From IMG/VR virus record IMGVR_UViG_3300031216_000010: a DNA stretch of 64,000 bases, one strand, 5' to 3'. This document shows positions 1-9,629 of this stretch, in pieces (the stretch's first letter is position 1; the number at the start of each line of letters is the position of its first letter). The position numbers and the translations under genes are program-made. Under the pieces are notes generated by a model that did no database searches, was not told the DNA's origin, and saw only the letters and a program-made list of their open reading frames with translations. This DNA is from an uncultured virus (IMG/VR IMGVR_UViG_3300031216_000010). Taxonomy: Duplodnaviria; Heunggongvirae; Uroviricota; Caudoviricetes.

Positions 1-225
1 CTAAACAGCGGGTGCTTCACTTGCCCCCGCTGCAAGCACGAACTAGAGCAGACTATCTACAAGAAGCGCACAAAGCTTCACGCTTGTCGAGAGTGCCTGT
101 TTCTGATCAAGCAGGATGACATTCTCGACTCATTGGACCAAGAAACCCGTAAAGAGGTGGAGAAGAGTCTGGGGTGGGAACCCGAAGTCAGCGATCCCGC
201 TAAAGCATTTAACGACTTGCTGTAA
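1..225 (+). CDS. 3' part of zinc-finger protein (truncated by window start)
   Basis: Frame 1 open from base 1 to TAA 223-225; CPRC...CREC Cys pairs. Confidence 0.6.
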   Translation, partial: LNSGCFTCPRCKHELEQTIYKKRTKLHACRECLFLIKQDDILDSLDQETRKEVEKSLGWEPEVSDPAKAFNDLL

Positions 226-240
226 CCAAAAGGCAGATGG

Positions 241-657
241 ATGGCACTACAAAAGCACATCATCCGGCTAGCCTACCGGGACCCCGACCGACGACCGATG
301 TTAATCCCGCTCGCTAAGTTGGCCTCAAATCTGAGCACATTAGATGTTCGGATATTCGACTTTGTTCGGAACCAGTTTCTCAAGGAACTGACGGACAGCT
401 TCGTTGAGAGCTTCGACTACAAGACGACGATAACGAAGAAGGATTTGGGGTTTATTGAGGGCGGTCGGAGTCAGTATACGTGGCGATTGAAGTTCGACAT
501 CGTACACAGAGGCGACACCTACGAGATTGAAACGACCCTCCATGCAGGTACTTCGTTTCAGGATGCACAGTTTACCAAGTTTGAGACAGGACAGCATGAG
601 TCCATTGAAGACCTGTTTGAGAAGATTAACGAGGCCCTGTCGGGCTTCATGAAGTAA
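241..657 (+). CDS. Hypothetical virion-associated protein with shared N-terminal leader
   Basis: 138 aa; N-terminus HIIRLAYRDPDRRPMLIPL resembles the leader seen at 7 other loci. Confidence 0.7.
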   Translation: MALQKHIIRLAYRDPDRRPMLIPLAKLASNLSTLDVRIFDFVRNQFLKELTDSFVESFDYKTTITKKDLGFIEGGRSQYTWRLKFDIVHRGDTYEIETTLHAGTSFQDAQFTKFETGQHESIEDLFEKINEALSGFMK

Positions 658-667
658 GAGGACTGCT

Positions 668-931
668 ATGGCTTTCTCAAAATTTGCAAATGCGGTCGTT
701 CAGAAGCCCCGTGTAGGGCTTTCCGAATGGAACGATTACCGCCGCCAGTCTCTACTGGCGAAGGGTACTCAGTTCACAAACCGTAGCTCTAGCATTTCCA
801 TCGGGAACTACAAACCCGACCGGTACCTCCTAACACACTGTACGATTATTGCGTCGGTAGATACCGATGAGCCGCCAAACACAAAGACAGGCGCTGAGGT
901 GGCAGCGGCAGATGGTACCACCATTAATTGA
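668..931 (+). CDS. N-terminal segment of split prohead protease gene
   Basis: GAGGA RBS; its TGA overlaps the TTG start of the next ORF (TTGA overlap, 928-931). Confidence 0.55.
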   Translation: MAFSKFANAVVQKPRVGLSEWNDYRRQSLLAKGTQFTNRSSSISIGNYKPDRYLLTHCTIIASVDTDEPPNTKTGAEVAAADGTTIN

Positions 932-2163
932 TCCACCCCGACTGCTCTAAGTACATCAATCAGAATGGGGACGCTTGGGAGCGCAAGCTGCTTCTCTCTA
1001 CCTATTCGACCTTTATTGGGGCAGAGAACTACGTAGAGCATATCCAGATACCAGAACTCAGCAAGGGCAAAATCATTGATGCTGTTGCTCGTGATCTGGG
1101 CGATACAGTCTACGTCGACATTCTTGTAGCGACCGACAGAAAGCACAAAGATCTAGTCGCTAAAATTGAATCAGACGAACTCAACACCCTTTCTATGGGG
1201 TGCACGATTTCGTTCTCTATCTGCACGAAGTGTGGCAACAAGGCCATTGATGAGCCAGACCTTTGCCGTCACGTCAAGTATGAGAAGGGCAATAAGTTTG
1301 TAGGGCCAAATGGCAAGATTCGGGTCGTGGCCGAGCTTTGCGGTCACCACACAGACCCAGAGTCGGTTAAGTTCATTGAAGCCTCTTGGGTTGCGAACCC
1401 AGCCTTCAAGGGTGCCGTTATGCGGAACATCCTTCATATGGGCGGTCCTGAGACTAAGACCCCAACCCCATATGAGCATGATGCCCTACAGGGCCTCATC
1501 CATGATGCCCATATTGAGGCATCGGGTCGTTCATCTGACTGGACTGATTTCATCAAGACGGCATCTGCTCAGATCACTCGTGAAGTTCGCCGCGATCTCC
1601 GCCTTGGATTTGGCGGCGGCGGGTTCGACGATGAAGAGGAGGATAAAGCGCCGGAACCCGATAAGGGCATGATTGATGAGGTCATGGAAAAGCTCAAAGA
1701 CAAGGCTAAGTCCCAGCTACTCGACGAATTGAAGAAAGAGATGGAGGAGCCTGAACCTGAGCCAAAAGACATGCCGGAAGCGGAGAGTGCTCCTAATGAC
1801 ACCATCCATCATTCGCACAAGAAGGCATACTGGCAGTTTGCTTCTAGGTATGCCCATGAGCTTGGACCCCGTACACAGAATACGTGGAAGATTCTCACGG
1901 CTATCACTAAGCCGCAGGTCTTCCGCCGCCACAAGAAACGATTCTCCAACTCGGAGATAGTGACTGCTATGTACCTGTATGACAGGGACGGTAAGTCGGA
2001 GACGTACTCCCCTGATTTCTACCGCTGCCTTTCAAAAGTAGGGGGGACGCACAGGTACGGCTCTTACAGAGACTTCCTGCGTATGTGTATGAGGGTTGCA
2101 GGCAGACGCCTTACCGCAGCGGAAGCGAAAGAACTCATCAATCGAGCTAAACTGCTCAACTAA
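928..2163 (+). CDS. Prohead maturation protease (HK97/herpes-type fold) with zinc-binding insert and acidic linker
   Basis: VEH, LSMGC and IEASWVANPA motifs resemble the His/Ser and ExSxVxxPA signatures; upstream of scaffold and capsid genes. Confidence 0.7.
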   Translation: MIHPDCSKYINQNGDAWERKLLLSTYSTFIGAENYVEHIQIPELSKGKIIDAVARDLGDTVYVDILVATDRKHKDLVAKIESDELNTLSMGCTISFSICTKCGNKAIDEPDLCRHVKYEKGNKFVGPNGKIRVVAELCGHHTDPESVKFIEASWVANPAFKGAVMRNILHMGGPETKTPTPYEHDALQGLIHDAHIEASGRSSDWTDFIKTASAQITREVRRDLRLGFGGGGFDDEEEDKAPEPDKGMIDEVMEKLKDKAKSQLLDELKKEMEEPEPEPKDMPEAESAPNDTIHHSHKKAYWQFASRYAHELGPRTQNTWKILTAITKPQVFRRHKKRFSNSEIVTAMYLYDRDGKSETYSPDFYRCLSKVGGTHRYGSYRDFLRMCMRVAGRRLTAAEAKELINRAKLLN

Positions 2164-2185
2164 CTGTTAGACCAAAAGGAACGAT

Positions 2186-2461
2186 ATGCTAGACAAAATC
2201 AAAGAATTGCTCGGAAACAATTGGAAAGCCGCTGTCGCCGGTGCGGTCGCAACCCTTGTTGCTCTCCTCACAGGTATGATGACACTCCCTTACGATGTCG
2301 CGGAGATGGTCGTTGACGAAGATGTCAAGGCCAAGATTTGTGCTGACGAAAAGGTAGAAGAAAAGGCGAAGGCCGTAGAAGAAGCTGATGCAGGCGAAGC
2401 TGATGCAGGCGAAGCTGATGCAGGCGAAGCTGATGCAGGCGAAGAAAAAAGCGATGTATGA
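2186..2461 (+). CDS. Small membrane-anchored protein with acidic EADAG repeats
   Basis: AAGGA RBS; hydrophobic N-terminal helix AAVAGAVATLVALLTG. Confidence 0.65.
   Translation: MLDKIKELLGNNWKAAVAGAVATLVALLTGMMTLPYDVAEMVVDEDVKAKICADEKVEEKAKAVEEADAGEADAGEADAGEADAGEEKSDV
2381..2440 (+). repeat. Tandem repeat 4 x 15 bp (GAAGCTGATGCAGGC)
   Basis: Read directly from the sequence. Confidence 0.95.
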
Positions 2462-2705
2462 CTTGAAAAACAAACTCATCCGGCTCGGGTCTACGAACCC
2501 CGAACTTCGAGGTCACATACGACCTATCCTTGCCAATCTTGGTCCACCAGACGAAATGGAACGATTGGAGATGTTGATGTCCGAATCCGCCCACTTCTCA
2601 TCTCGCATGATCGAAAAATTGGAAGACCTCAAACGGGTAATAAAGAACACCGCCTCGGCCATACGCTCCGAACGATACACCGATGCCTGCGTTCGTCTTG
2701 GTTAG
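2454..2705 (+). CDS. Hypothetical protein with shared leader
   Basis: ATG 2454 overlaps the upstream stop; MYDLKNKLIRLGSTNPELRGHIRPIL. Confidence 0.65.
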   Translation: MYDLKNKLIRLGSTNPELRGHIRPILANLGPPDEMERLEMLMSESAHFSSRMIEKLEDLKRVIKNTASAIRSERYTDACVRLG

Positions 2706-2830
2706 TCTGGGACCCCGATGAACAACGATACGAAGTCGTCCGATGACCAAGATCGGAGGTGTTAACGCTCGATGAAGGTAGTCTCGATGCGCGTTGGGTA
2801 GGTATACTCGCACTTTTTGAAGTTTTTTCC

Positions 2831-2844
2831 GGTTTTCTACTTAT
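2831..2844 (+). promoter_or_regulatory. Putative late promoter (variant GGTTTT-N4-TTAT)
   Basis: Variant of the recurrent intergenic motif, upstream of the scaffold-capsid operon. Confidence 0.4.
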
Positions 2845-2926
2845 ACACACCGTCATTGTAACCTCACTCATAGGGTGGGGTGTAACGGTACCGTATACAC
2901 ACAAGTTCTAATTGGAGGTTCACCCA

Positions 2927-4087
2927 ATGAGTAGACAAAGACTCTCTTGGAAAAACCGTCGTCAAGCACGTCGTAAGCAAGCAGACCCGTATTCTATGAA
3001 TCAGGAGCGCACCCATGTACCCGTAGAGGACTACATGGTCGGTGATCCTGCTGCATGGGCGGAAGAGCCTGTTAGCGACCTATCTCGACTCGACGGAACT
3101 GATCGTAACGAAGTTGGACTCCCGGCTATGATGCCCTCGTCCCTGAATCACAAAGATGTCGATTCGTGGAACAGCGATGGCCCCTACGACAATGAGCGTA
3201 TGGCCGAAGTTCGACTCGCTAAAATGCAGCGCCACTTTGAAAAGAAGGCTCTGCACTGCGTACACATCGCACAACGCCTTTTCCCTCTGGCAAGCGAAGA
3301 CGTGATTGCTGAACAAGCTCTCGACTTCATGCCGCTTCCCGACGACGCTGTGATTGCCACTGCAATCCGCCTTGCCGAAGACGGAGAGAAGGAAGAGAAG
3401 GGCGAAGAAGAGAAGGAAGAGAAGGGCGAAGAAGAGAAGGAAGAGAAGAGCGACAAAGAGTCGTCTTTGACCCCTGACCAAATGCTCCGTCGAATGCTTG
3501 CAGAAGAGAAGGGCGAAGACGAAGACGAGAAGGAAGAAGACGAGAAGGAAGAGGAAGACGAGAAGGAAGAGAAGAAAGAAGCTGCAATGCGCCAGATGGT
3601 CGCAGAAGAACTCAGCAAGCTCTTCGGTAAGAAGAGCGGCATGGACTACATGATGGACGACATGGAGCCTATGATGGACCATGCAATGGACCACATGATG
3701 AACCATGACGACATGATGGATCACATGATGAACCATGACGACATGATGGATCACATGATGGACCATGACGAAGACATGATGATGGAAGACGATCTCGATA
3801 TGATGCTCGATGAAATGGGCGCTGAGGACGGTGCAACTGCCGAACTCGATATCGACCTTGATCCGTCGCTAGACAATCTCGATTCCGAAGCACTTTTGCA
3901 TGAAGACGATGCTGTCCTTCAGGACATCATGAATCGGAATGCTTCTCCGAAGGCTAGAACAGCTTCGAGAAAAGGTGTTTCAACACTTGGGCGGGTGAAA
4001 GAGTCCTCTTCTACGGGCGACGGTGGTAATCCACTGTCGAAGCTGTGGGAGTCGGCCCCCGACGTATCCAAGGTATTTAGCTCGTAA
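2927..4087 (+). CDS. Capsid scaffolding protein
   Basis: GGAGG RBS; acidic low-complexity E/K and M/D/H tracts; lies between protease and capsid genes. Confidence 0.65.
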   Translation: MSRQRLSWKNRRQARRKQADPYSMNQERTHVPVEDYMVGDPAAWAEEPVSDLSRLDGTDRNEVGLPAMMPSSLNHKDVDSWNSDGPYDNERMAEVRLAKMQRHFEKKALHCVHIAQRLFPLASEDVIAEQALDFMPLPDDAVIATAIRLAEDGEKEEKGEEEKEEKGEEEKEEKSDKESSLTPDQMLRRMLAEEKGEDEDEKEEDEKEEEDEKEEKKEAAMRQMVAEELSKLFGKKSGMDYMMDDMEPMMDHAMDHMMNHDDMMDHMMNHDDMMDHMMDHDEDMMMEDDLDMMLDEMGAEDGATAELDIDLDPSLDNLDSEALLHEDDAVLQDIMNRNASPKARTASRKGVSTLGRVKESSSTGDGGNPLSKLWESAPDVSKVFSS

Positions 4088-4165
4088 GAGCATCCTTGGT
4101 ACGGCGTCCGCTTTCACTGATATGACGTTCGTAGTAGCAATCAAACAAACGCTAGGAGGCTTAAA

Positions 4166-4822
4166 ATGGCTCTTCCCGGACAGGCTAGCGGTGATTTCAC
4201 CGAAAGCAGCAGTTCCCTTCGCATCTTGTATGTGGGGATTCGCAATTCGTTTGCGGCAAAGCTCACAACGGATGGTTTCACACAAACCAACCCGCCTGTG
4301 ATCACAACCGCAGTTTCTTCAACACTCCCGACCGCACCCAAGCGTGGTGTTCTCGGTGGTTCCGTAGCATTCACCCGCCCTGACGCCGGTAACGGCTGGG
4401 TTGGTGGACCGACCGCTGCGGCACCTTCGGCGGGTCTCCTTAAGCCTCTTGGTATCTTCATCAATGATGCAGATGGCAACGCTTACGAGAATACCCCAGC
4501 ACCTGCTTCTGGTCAGGCACCTTACCTCTCGGGGCAAGGCACCTACGGAACTCGTCTTTATGAGACGCAGGTACTTGCTGGTGCTGGTACCGGAACCGCA
4601 GGCGATGACCTGTTCTACGGTGTCGGTATGAACCTGTACGCTTCGGTTAACGGTTATCTTACGACGGCTGCTTCTGCACTTGGAGCAGTTGATGAGACTG
4701 CCGACCTTGCTGAAGTTGCAGCAGGTCCCGGTACTGCGGTTGCAGACGCAACCGTCATCGGTGTCGTTAAGATCGTGCCGGATTCAGTTCACGCGGAACT
4801 GGTTTACGACCAGCGCATCTAA
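4166..4822 (+). CDS. Head accessory/decoration-type structural protein
   Basis: AGGAGG RBS; Ala/Gly/Thr-rich; immediately upstream of major capsid gene; paralog at 59479-60096. Confidence 0.6.
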   Translation: MALPGQASGDFTESSSSLRILYVGIRNSFAAKLTTDGFTQTNPPVITTAVSSTLPTAPKRGVLGGSVAFTRPDAGNGWVGGPTAAAPSAGLLKPLGIFINDADGNAYENTPAPASGQAPYLSGQGTYGTRLYETQVLAGAGTGTAGDDLFYGVGMNLYASVNGYLTTAASALGAVDETADLAEVAAGPGTAVADATVIGVVKIVPDSVHAELVYDQRI

Positions 4823-4839
4823 GCATAGGAGGCAGACAC

Positions 4840-5724
4840 ATGTCTGACAACACACAGCTTGACAACGCGGCCAAGCAGGAAATCATCAGTAGGCACATCA
4901 AGACCGCCGCAGGGCGTGCTCGGCTTGCTGCATCGATGATCCAGCCGCTTCGTAGTCGTCGTGACTACTCCTCAGTGGGACGTCGTACGTTCCTCGTGGA
5001 GCAGTTGCCTGACGGCGCACTTCCAATTTACGACAAGGACCCCGACGTAACTGCTTACGTCGTAGGTGAAGAAGGTGAGAACATTCTCGCCGTCACCAAG
5101 CCTCGTCGTGTCATTTTCCCTCTCTTTGAGATTGCATCGAACCCTGAGATCCCGATCACACAGATCAAGGAACGACGGTTCGACCTCATTGAGCGTTCAC
5201 AGCAGCTTGCAAAAGCTCAGATTCAGGCCGCAGAAGACGAACGTGTCTTCGCAGTCCTCGACTCGATTGCTACGAACGGATTTGACTCGATTCCGGGTCA
5301 GGTCAACCCCGACCTTCAGGTTGTCGCCCCGATCAGTTCCGCTGTTCTGGCCGATGCGTTCGCTGAGATTGAGAAGCACGACCTTCGTGTTGCTCGTATC
5401 TACATGAACGCAAAGGACTATGCCGACATCCGTAAGTTCGGTCGTGAAATCCTCGACATTGAGTCGCAGGCGACACTCCTCAAGACTGGTCTTCAGGCTA
5501 CCCTTTGGGGCGCACAGATCATCCTGAGCCGTCTCGTACCAGCGGGCTTTGTCTACGTGTGCTGCGAACCAGAAATGTTCGGTCGGATTCCGGTCCGAAC
5601 CGAACTGACGGTTCTTTCGGCGGACAACCCTCGTGCTCGTACGATCGGATTCTCGGTCTTCGAAAACTTGGGAATTGGCGCATTCAACCCTCGCGGTTTG
5701 GTTCGTCTCGTCGTCCAGCGATAA
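4840..5724 (+). CDS. Major capsid protein (HK97 fold)
   Basis: AGGAGG RBS; 294 aa; protease-scaffold-accessory-capsid gene order followed by a strong terminator. Confidence 0.8.
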   Translation: MSDNTQLDNAAKQEIISRHIKTAAGRARLAASMIQPLRSRRDYSSVGRRTFLVEQLPDGALPIYDKDPDVTAYVVGEEGENILAVTKPRRVIFPLFEIASNPEIPITQIKERRFDLIERSQQLAKAQIQAAEDERVFAVLDSIATNGFDSIPGQVNPDLQVVAPISSAVLADAFAEIEKHDLRVARIYMNAKDYADIRKFGREILDIESQATLLKTGLQATLWGAQIILSRLVPAGFVYVCCEPEMFGRIPVRTELTVLSADNPRARTIGFSVFENLGIGAFNPRGLVRLVVQR

Positions 5725-5749
5725 GCTAAAAACCTCATTCTGAGGCTGG

Positions 5750-5784
5750 AATCCCCCATTCCTTAGGGAGTGGGGGATTTTTTT
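5750..5784 (+). terminator. Rho-independent terminator
   Basis: AATCCCCCATTCC-TTAG-GGAGTGGGGGATT stem plus T tract. Confidence 0.9.
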
Positions 5785-5928
5785 GTGCCCTGTCTACACC
5801 CCTGATTTAGCTCTCAAAACAGGTCATTTTCTATTTTGAAAAGGCTCTTTCCGTATTTTCGCAGGGCCGGAATAGCAGGTACGGCCTGTGTGTTTACAAG
5901 TGTAGGTAACCTCTGAATATGGGACAAA

Positions 5929-7869
5929 GTGATGGGCGACATTACGAAGGATGAAGTAGAGAAGCTGTATTTGGTTGACTTATTAACGGACTCGGAGATA
6001 GCCCAGAGACTCGGCACTTACCAAGCCAAGATAAGCAGACTCCGAAAAAAATGGGGAATACCTACCTTGGACAAAACGGGTAGAATTGCGGCCCGTCTCC
6101 CTGACGTAACAGAAGAGCAGTACCATGTCTTATTTGGCTCTTTGTTAGGGGACGGGTGGATGAGTGCTACAAGTAAAGAAGCTGCTCGTTTTTGCGAGAC
6201 CCATTCAGAAGACCAGAAGCCATACCTTGAGTGGAAAGCGGAGGTGCTACAGCCTTTCACATCCACTATCTACCCCACATCCAAAGTGGTAGGGTCTAAG
6301 ACCTACACAGGGTGGGGGATGACCACACAAAGCTGCTTGCAGCTAAGACACCTTTACGACCTGTTCTACCCCCCGCCTGCACATGTGCGAAAGTTCCCTA
6401 AGGTGCTAACAAAGGGTATTACACCTCTTTCCTTGGCGGTATGGTACCTTGATGACGGGAGCTTGCATAGTGGTCACCACCCCCAGATAACGTTTGGTTT
6501 AGACGACCAAAGCTTGCGGTATGCTCTCAAGGGTTTACGTCATTTAGGTTTTAGCCCTACTATCCTAGAGAACCCAGACGGGACTGTGACAATCTGCTTC
6601 CCCGGTCAGGATATGCAGTTCTTCGAGTTGATTGGGGGGTATGTGCCCGACTGTATGTCCTACAAGATTCCCGAACCTTCAGATAGAAAGCTCTCCTACG
6701 AAAAAGGTCGGGAGCTTACTCCAGACACAGCTAGGACGCTTTATGATGGCGGCATGTCCTGCACTGCTATTGCAGACTTGTACGACGTGTCATCGTCTAC
6801 CGTGCACCGCAGGATACATAAGGAAGGTTCGCCTACTCGTATGGGCCGACCCAGAAGTTCGTATTCACGACGTGCCGCAAAAGTTTCCCTTGAGAACTAT
6901 GACAGTTCTCTGTGGAAGCATCTACCTGAGGGGGAGCAGGGGCAATGGGTAGAGGAGATCTACTCGATACTGGTGAAGACCCCTTTCCCCTTCCCGAAAC
7001 CCTTGAGCGACGTAGGGGTACGCTTTCAGAAGCTTGAAGACAAAGAGGTCTTCCTTACAGAAGAGTCTGAGATTAGGCCCCGTACGCTGTTTGGGGTACG
7101 CTTATGTGATAGCTACTTCCCGAACCGATTCAAGGCACGCTATCGTGACCAGATGTCAGCCTACGAAGCGTGGTTTGATCCGAAGCTTTTGCGGAGGGCT
7201 ATTCAGATACAGTTGAAAGGGGGCGACCCGGTTATCCCTTACAGAGTCAGGAAGGCAATACAGTATCAGGTGCGTACCCCTACTATTTTCAGGCCGGGAG
7301 TCGCCAAGTATATCTATCAGACGTACGCAAAGCCGGGAGATAAAGTCTGGGATCCGTGTGCAGGGTATGGGGGTCGTATGCTCGCAGCCCTTGCTTCCGG
7401 TGTGCATTACATCGGTACAGACATCGAGCCTGAGACGGTGGAAGGTAATCAGAAGCTTGCCTCCAACTTAGGACTTGAGGCAGAACTTTATTGTCACCCG
7501 GCAGAGACCTTTAAGGTGCCTGATGACGTTTCTCTGGTATTCACCTCTCCACCGTACTTTGACCGGGAGAAGTATTCGGACAAGAAGGGGCAGTCTTGGA
7601 AGAAGTATGGTGATAGTGCGGCGGAGTGGGTAGACAGCTTTTTGAAGCCTGTAATCAGGGAGGCATATCGCAGCCTAGTAGCTGGCGGCACCTTCGCGCT
7701 GAACATCAATGACTTGCGGGATAGGAGAGGGAACGTAACTCCTTTGGTTGATATGACCATAGAGGCTGCTATTTCGGCAGGGTTTCAGCACCTGCACACC
7801 CTTAAAATGCCCTTGTCCAACTTAAGCCCCAGAGACCACGAACCTGTTCTGATTTTCCGAAAGGTTTGA
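5929..7869 (+). CDS. HTH-LAGLIDADG-HTH fused to amino (N4-C/N6-A) DNA methyltransferase
   Basis: LFGSLLGDG and LAVWYLDDG helices; two HTH-like segments; DPCAGYGG motif I and TSPPY motif IV. Confidence 0.8.
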   Translation: MMGDITKDEVEKLYLVDLLTDSEIAQRLGTYQAKISRLRKKWGIPTLDKTGRIAARLPDVTEEQYHVLFGSLLGDGWMSATSKEAARFCETHSEDQKPYLEWKAEVLQPFTSTIYPTSKVVGSKTYTGWGMTTQSCLQLRHLYDLFYPPPAHVRKFPKVLTKGITPLSLAVWYLDDGSLHSGHHPQITFGLDDQSLRYALKGLRHLGFSPTILENPDGTVTICFPGQDMQFFELIGGYVPDCMSYKIPEPSDRKLSYEKGRELTPDTARTLYDGGMSCTAIADLYDVSSSTVHRRIHKEGSPTRMGRPRSSYSRRAAKVSLENYDSSLWKHLPEGEQGQWVEEIYSILVKTPFPFPKPLSDVGVRFQKLEDKEVFLTEESEIRPRTLFGVRLCDSYFPNRFKARYRDQMSAYEAWFDPKLLRRAIQIQLKGGDPVIPYRVRKAIQYQVRTPTIFRPGVAKYIYQTYAKPGDKVWDPCAGYGGRMLAALASGVHYIGTDIEPETVEGNQKLASNLGLEAELYCHPAETFKVPDDVSLVFTSPPYFDREKYSDKKGQSWKKYGDSAAEWVDSFLKPVIREAYRSLVAGGTFALNINDLRDRRGNVTPLVDMTIEAAISAGFQHLHTLKMPLSNLSPRDHEPVLIFRKV

Positions 7870-7924
7870 CTTTAGTCTCCCAGAGGCGCTAGAGTACCCG
7901 TGATCCCACTCTTTAGGAGACTCT

Positions 7925-8040
7925 ATGCACGACTTGTTTTGGAATTTCATACACAACGCAAAGCTCACCCTCTTCTCGTGACTCGCACAGAATGGGCCTA
8001 CCGGTTCCATGATTGGACTGCGGAGAAGTGGGATACTTGA
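7925..8040 (+). pseudogene. Frameshifted small phage protein (HNAxAHPL...FHDWTA type)
   Basis: AGGAG RBS; MHDLFWNFIHNA continues as AHPLLVTRTEWAYRFHDWTAEKWDT* if one base is restored near 7961. Confidence 0.5.
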
Positions 8041-8080
8041 AAAAGTTTTTGAGAGCGTATGCCACTAGGGGTCTATACCT

Positions 8081-8284
8081 ATGAAGACGACACACAAACC
8101 ACGAGGAACACGCATGAACACTTACCAAGTTGAGAGAGCTTCTTGCCCTACCAATTACTCGCCGCCAGATGAAGGGGAACCCTTCGATGAGTGTGACTTT
8201 GAGGCTGAGTTTCAAGAGTCTGTCCTTTCCGTGAACGAGCCTTCGGAAGACCGCCAGTTCAACGATCCCGACTTACCTTTCTGA
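8081..8284 (+). CDS. Small acidic hypothetical protein
   Basis: 67-aa ORF; GAGGA precedes an internal ATG that may be the true start. Confidence 0.5.
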   Translation: MKTTHKPRGTRMNTYQVERASCPTNYSPPDEGEPFDECDFEAEFQESVLSVNEPSEDRQFNDPDLPF

Positions 8285-8318
8285 GGGGGATAAGAATGCG
8301 CCTCAAAAAAGGGCAAAC

Positions 8319-8836
8319 ATGTTTGGTCGGCTGAGTGATAAACAGGCAGACGTACTGTCTTTATATGTTGAGGTCAGAGGGTTTGGGACTTAGGTGCTGG
8401 CGACGGACATCTCGCAGCGCAGTTATATGTGCTAGGGGCTTCTTCGGTAGTGGCTGTGGACACTAAGTCTCCACCCCCTAAATGCGGCAGGCCCATAGAA
8501 TGGAGACAATCTCTATTCGCTGATTTGGGAAGCCCAAAGATGTCCGTGGCTTTCTTGTCGTGGCCAATAAACCACCCACTAGACTGGCCCACACTTCTTA
8601 AAAGGGCGGACAGAGTGGTCTTCTTGGGACTTACCACAGACGGCTCCATGTGTGCCTCAGAAAGCTTTTGGGGGGCTATGAGGAACCGGCAGCTACAGGA
8701 CGTATGCACCGGCCTCCCTAATGATATGCTCGTGTGGGGCCGCAAGTTGGAAAAGCCGAGGCAGGAAGACGAATTACATCTGGTAGAGAAAGCCGGGTTG
8801 GATATGTCTCGTATCTACTACAGGATCAGGTCATGA
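8319..8836 (+). pseudogene. Class I SAM-dependent methyltransferase-like gene with -1 frameshift near 8371
   Basis: MFGRLSDKQADVLSLYVE (ATG 8319) joins GQRVWDLGAGDG...VVAVD in the frame of ORF 8429-8836. Confidence 0.6.
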
Positions 8837-9129
8837 CGGATTGTGTCCAAGAGGCTGTTACGCTGGAAGCCACAGGCCGTAGCCAGCGTGCGATGGAGGT
8901 TGTCTTCACGCCTCTTCACGCTCTCTTAGGTGACCAAGCCTTTACCGCATGTGACGCGCTACTGAGAGAACTACTAGTGTGCGGGCCAAACCTCTCACCT
9001 CTACTTTTGATTGGGGCGCTTCGCACTGCTGGACCCGTCCGAGGATGCTTGTCTCAGTGGGGACCACTTCTGGACTATGTAGAGAGACGTATAGGGGCAG
9101 GTCATAAATATCTAAAGGGGCTACGGTAA
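8833..9129 (+). CDS. Hypothetical protein
   Basis: ATGA overlap with the upstream stop. Confidence 0.55.
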   Translation: MTDCVQEAVTLEATGRSQRAMEVVFTPLHALLGDQAFTACDALLRELLVCGPNLSPLLLIGALRTAGPVRGCLSQWGPLLDYVERRIGAGHKYLKGLR

Positions 9130-9138
9130 TCCTTTTGT
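9125..9138 (+). promoter_or_regulatory. Putative late promoter GGTAAT-N4-TTGT
   Basis: Recurrent motif; identical core at 23747. Confidence 0.55.
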
Positions 9139-9182
9139 GATTCGGGTACCCACAAATACCCGCCTACTCTAGAGAGGAACCC

Positions 9183-9629
9183 ATGTACCTAGATGAAACA
9201 TCAGACTGCCTTCTTGACCTACTAGCCCTTCTTAGGGCCGTACAGGTTATCCACCAGAATGCCCACTGGAACGTGAAGGGCGAAACCTACTACGGGGATC
9301 ACCTTCTGTTTCAGCGACTTTACGAAGCCGTAGGTGCTGAGATTGACACACTGGCTGAGAAGATCACAGCCATGTTTGGTAGCTACTGTGTAAGCTCTTC
9401 TGACCAAGCTTCTAGAATAGAGAGCTTCGTGTCTGATTGGGAACACACCTATCCGTGCTACGTTACCCGGTCCCTTTATGCTGAGAAGCAGCTTCAGATC
9501 ATCTTCAAAGAAGCGTACGACTTCTTAGATGAATGTGGCACCTTATCCCTTGGTATGGACGACTTCCTTATGGCGGCAGCGAATGCCCATGAGACAGCTA
9601 TTTACCTCCTACAGCAACGGGTCGCTTGA
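9183..9629 (+). CDS. dps: Dps/ferritin-like protein
   Basis: HWNVKG...DHLLFQRLYE...IDTLAEK ferroxidase-centre pattern. Confidence 0.8.
   Translation: MYLDETSDCLLDLLALLRAVQVIHQNAHWNVKGETYYGDHLLFQRLYEAVGAEIDTLAEKITAMFGSYCVSSSDQASRIESFVSDWEHTYPCYVTRSLYAEKQLQIIFKEAYDFLDECGTLSLGMDDFLMAAANAHETAIYLLQQRVA

Noticed and set aside
2388..2453. MQAKL-repeat extension of the 2454 protein
   Set aside because: This is an alternate-frame reading of the EADAG repeat; the leader position supports a start at 2454.
3080..3766. Long antisense ORFs here and opposite lon, the topoisomerase gene and the sheath
   Set aside because: They are shadows of low-complexity or codon-biased + strand genes with no recognisable motifs.
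5929..7869. Intein or group I intron around the LAGLIDADG domain
   Set aside because: No Cys/Ser start or His-Asn end splice motifs, and no interrupted host gene on the flanks.
4840..9629. Encapsulin shell with Dps cargo
   Set aside because: The protease-scaffold-capsid order and the tail sheath indicate a true phage head.
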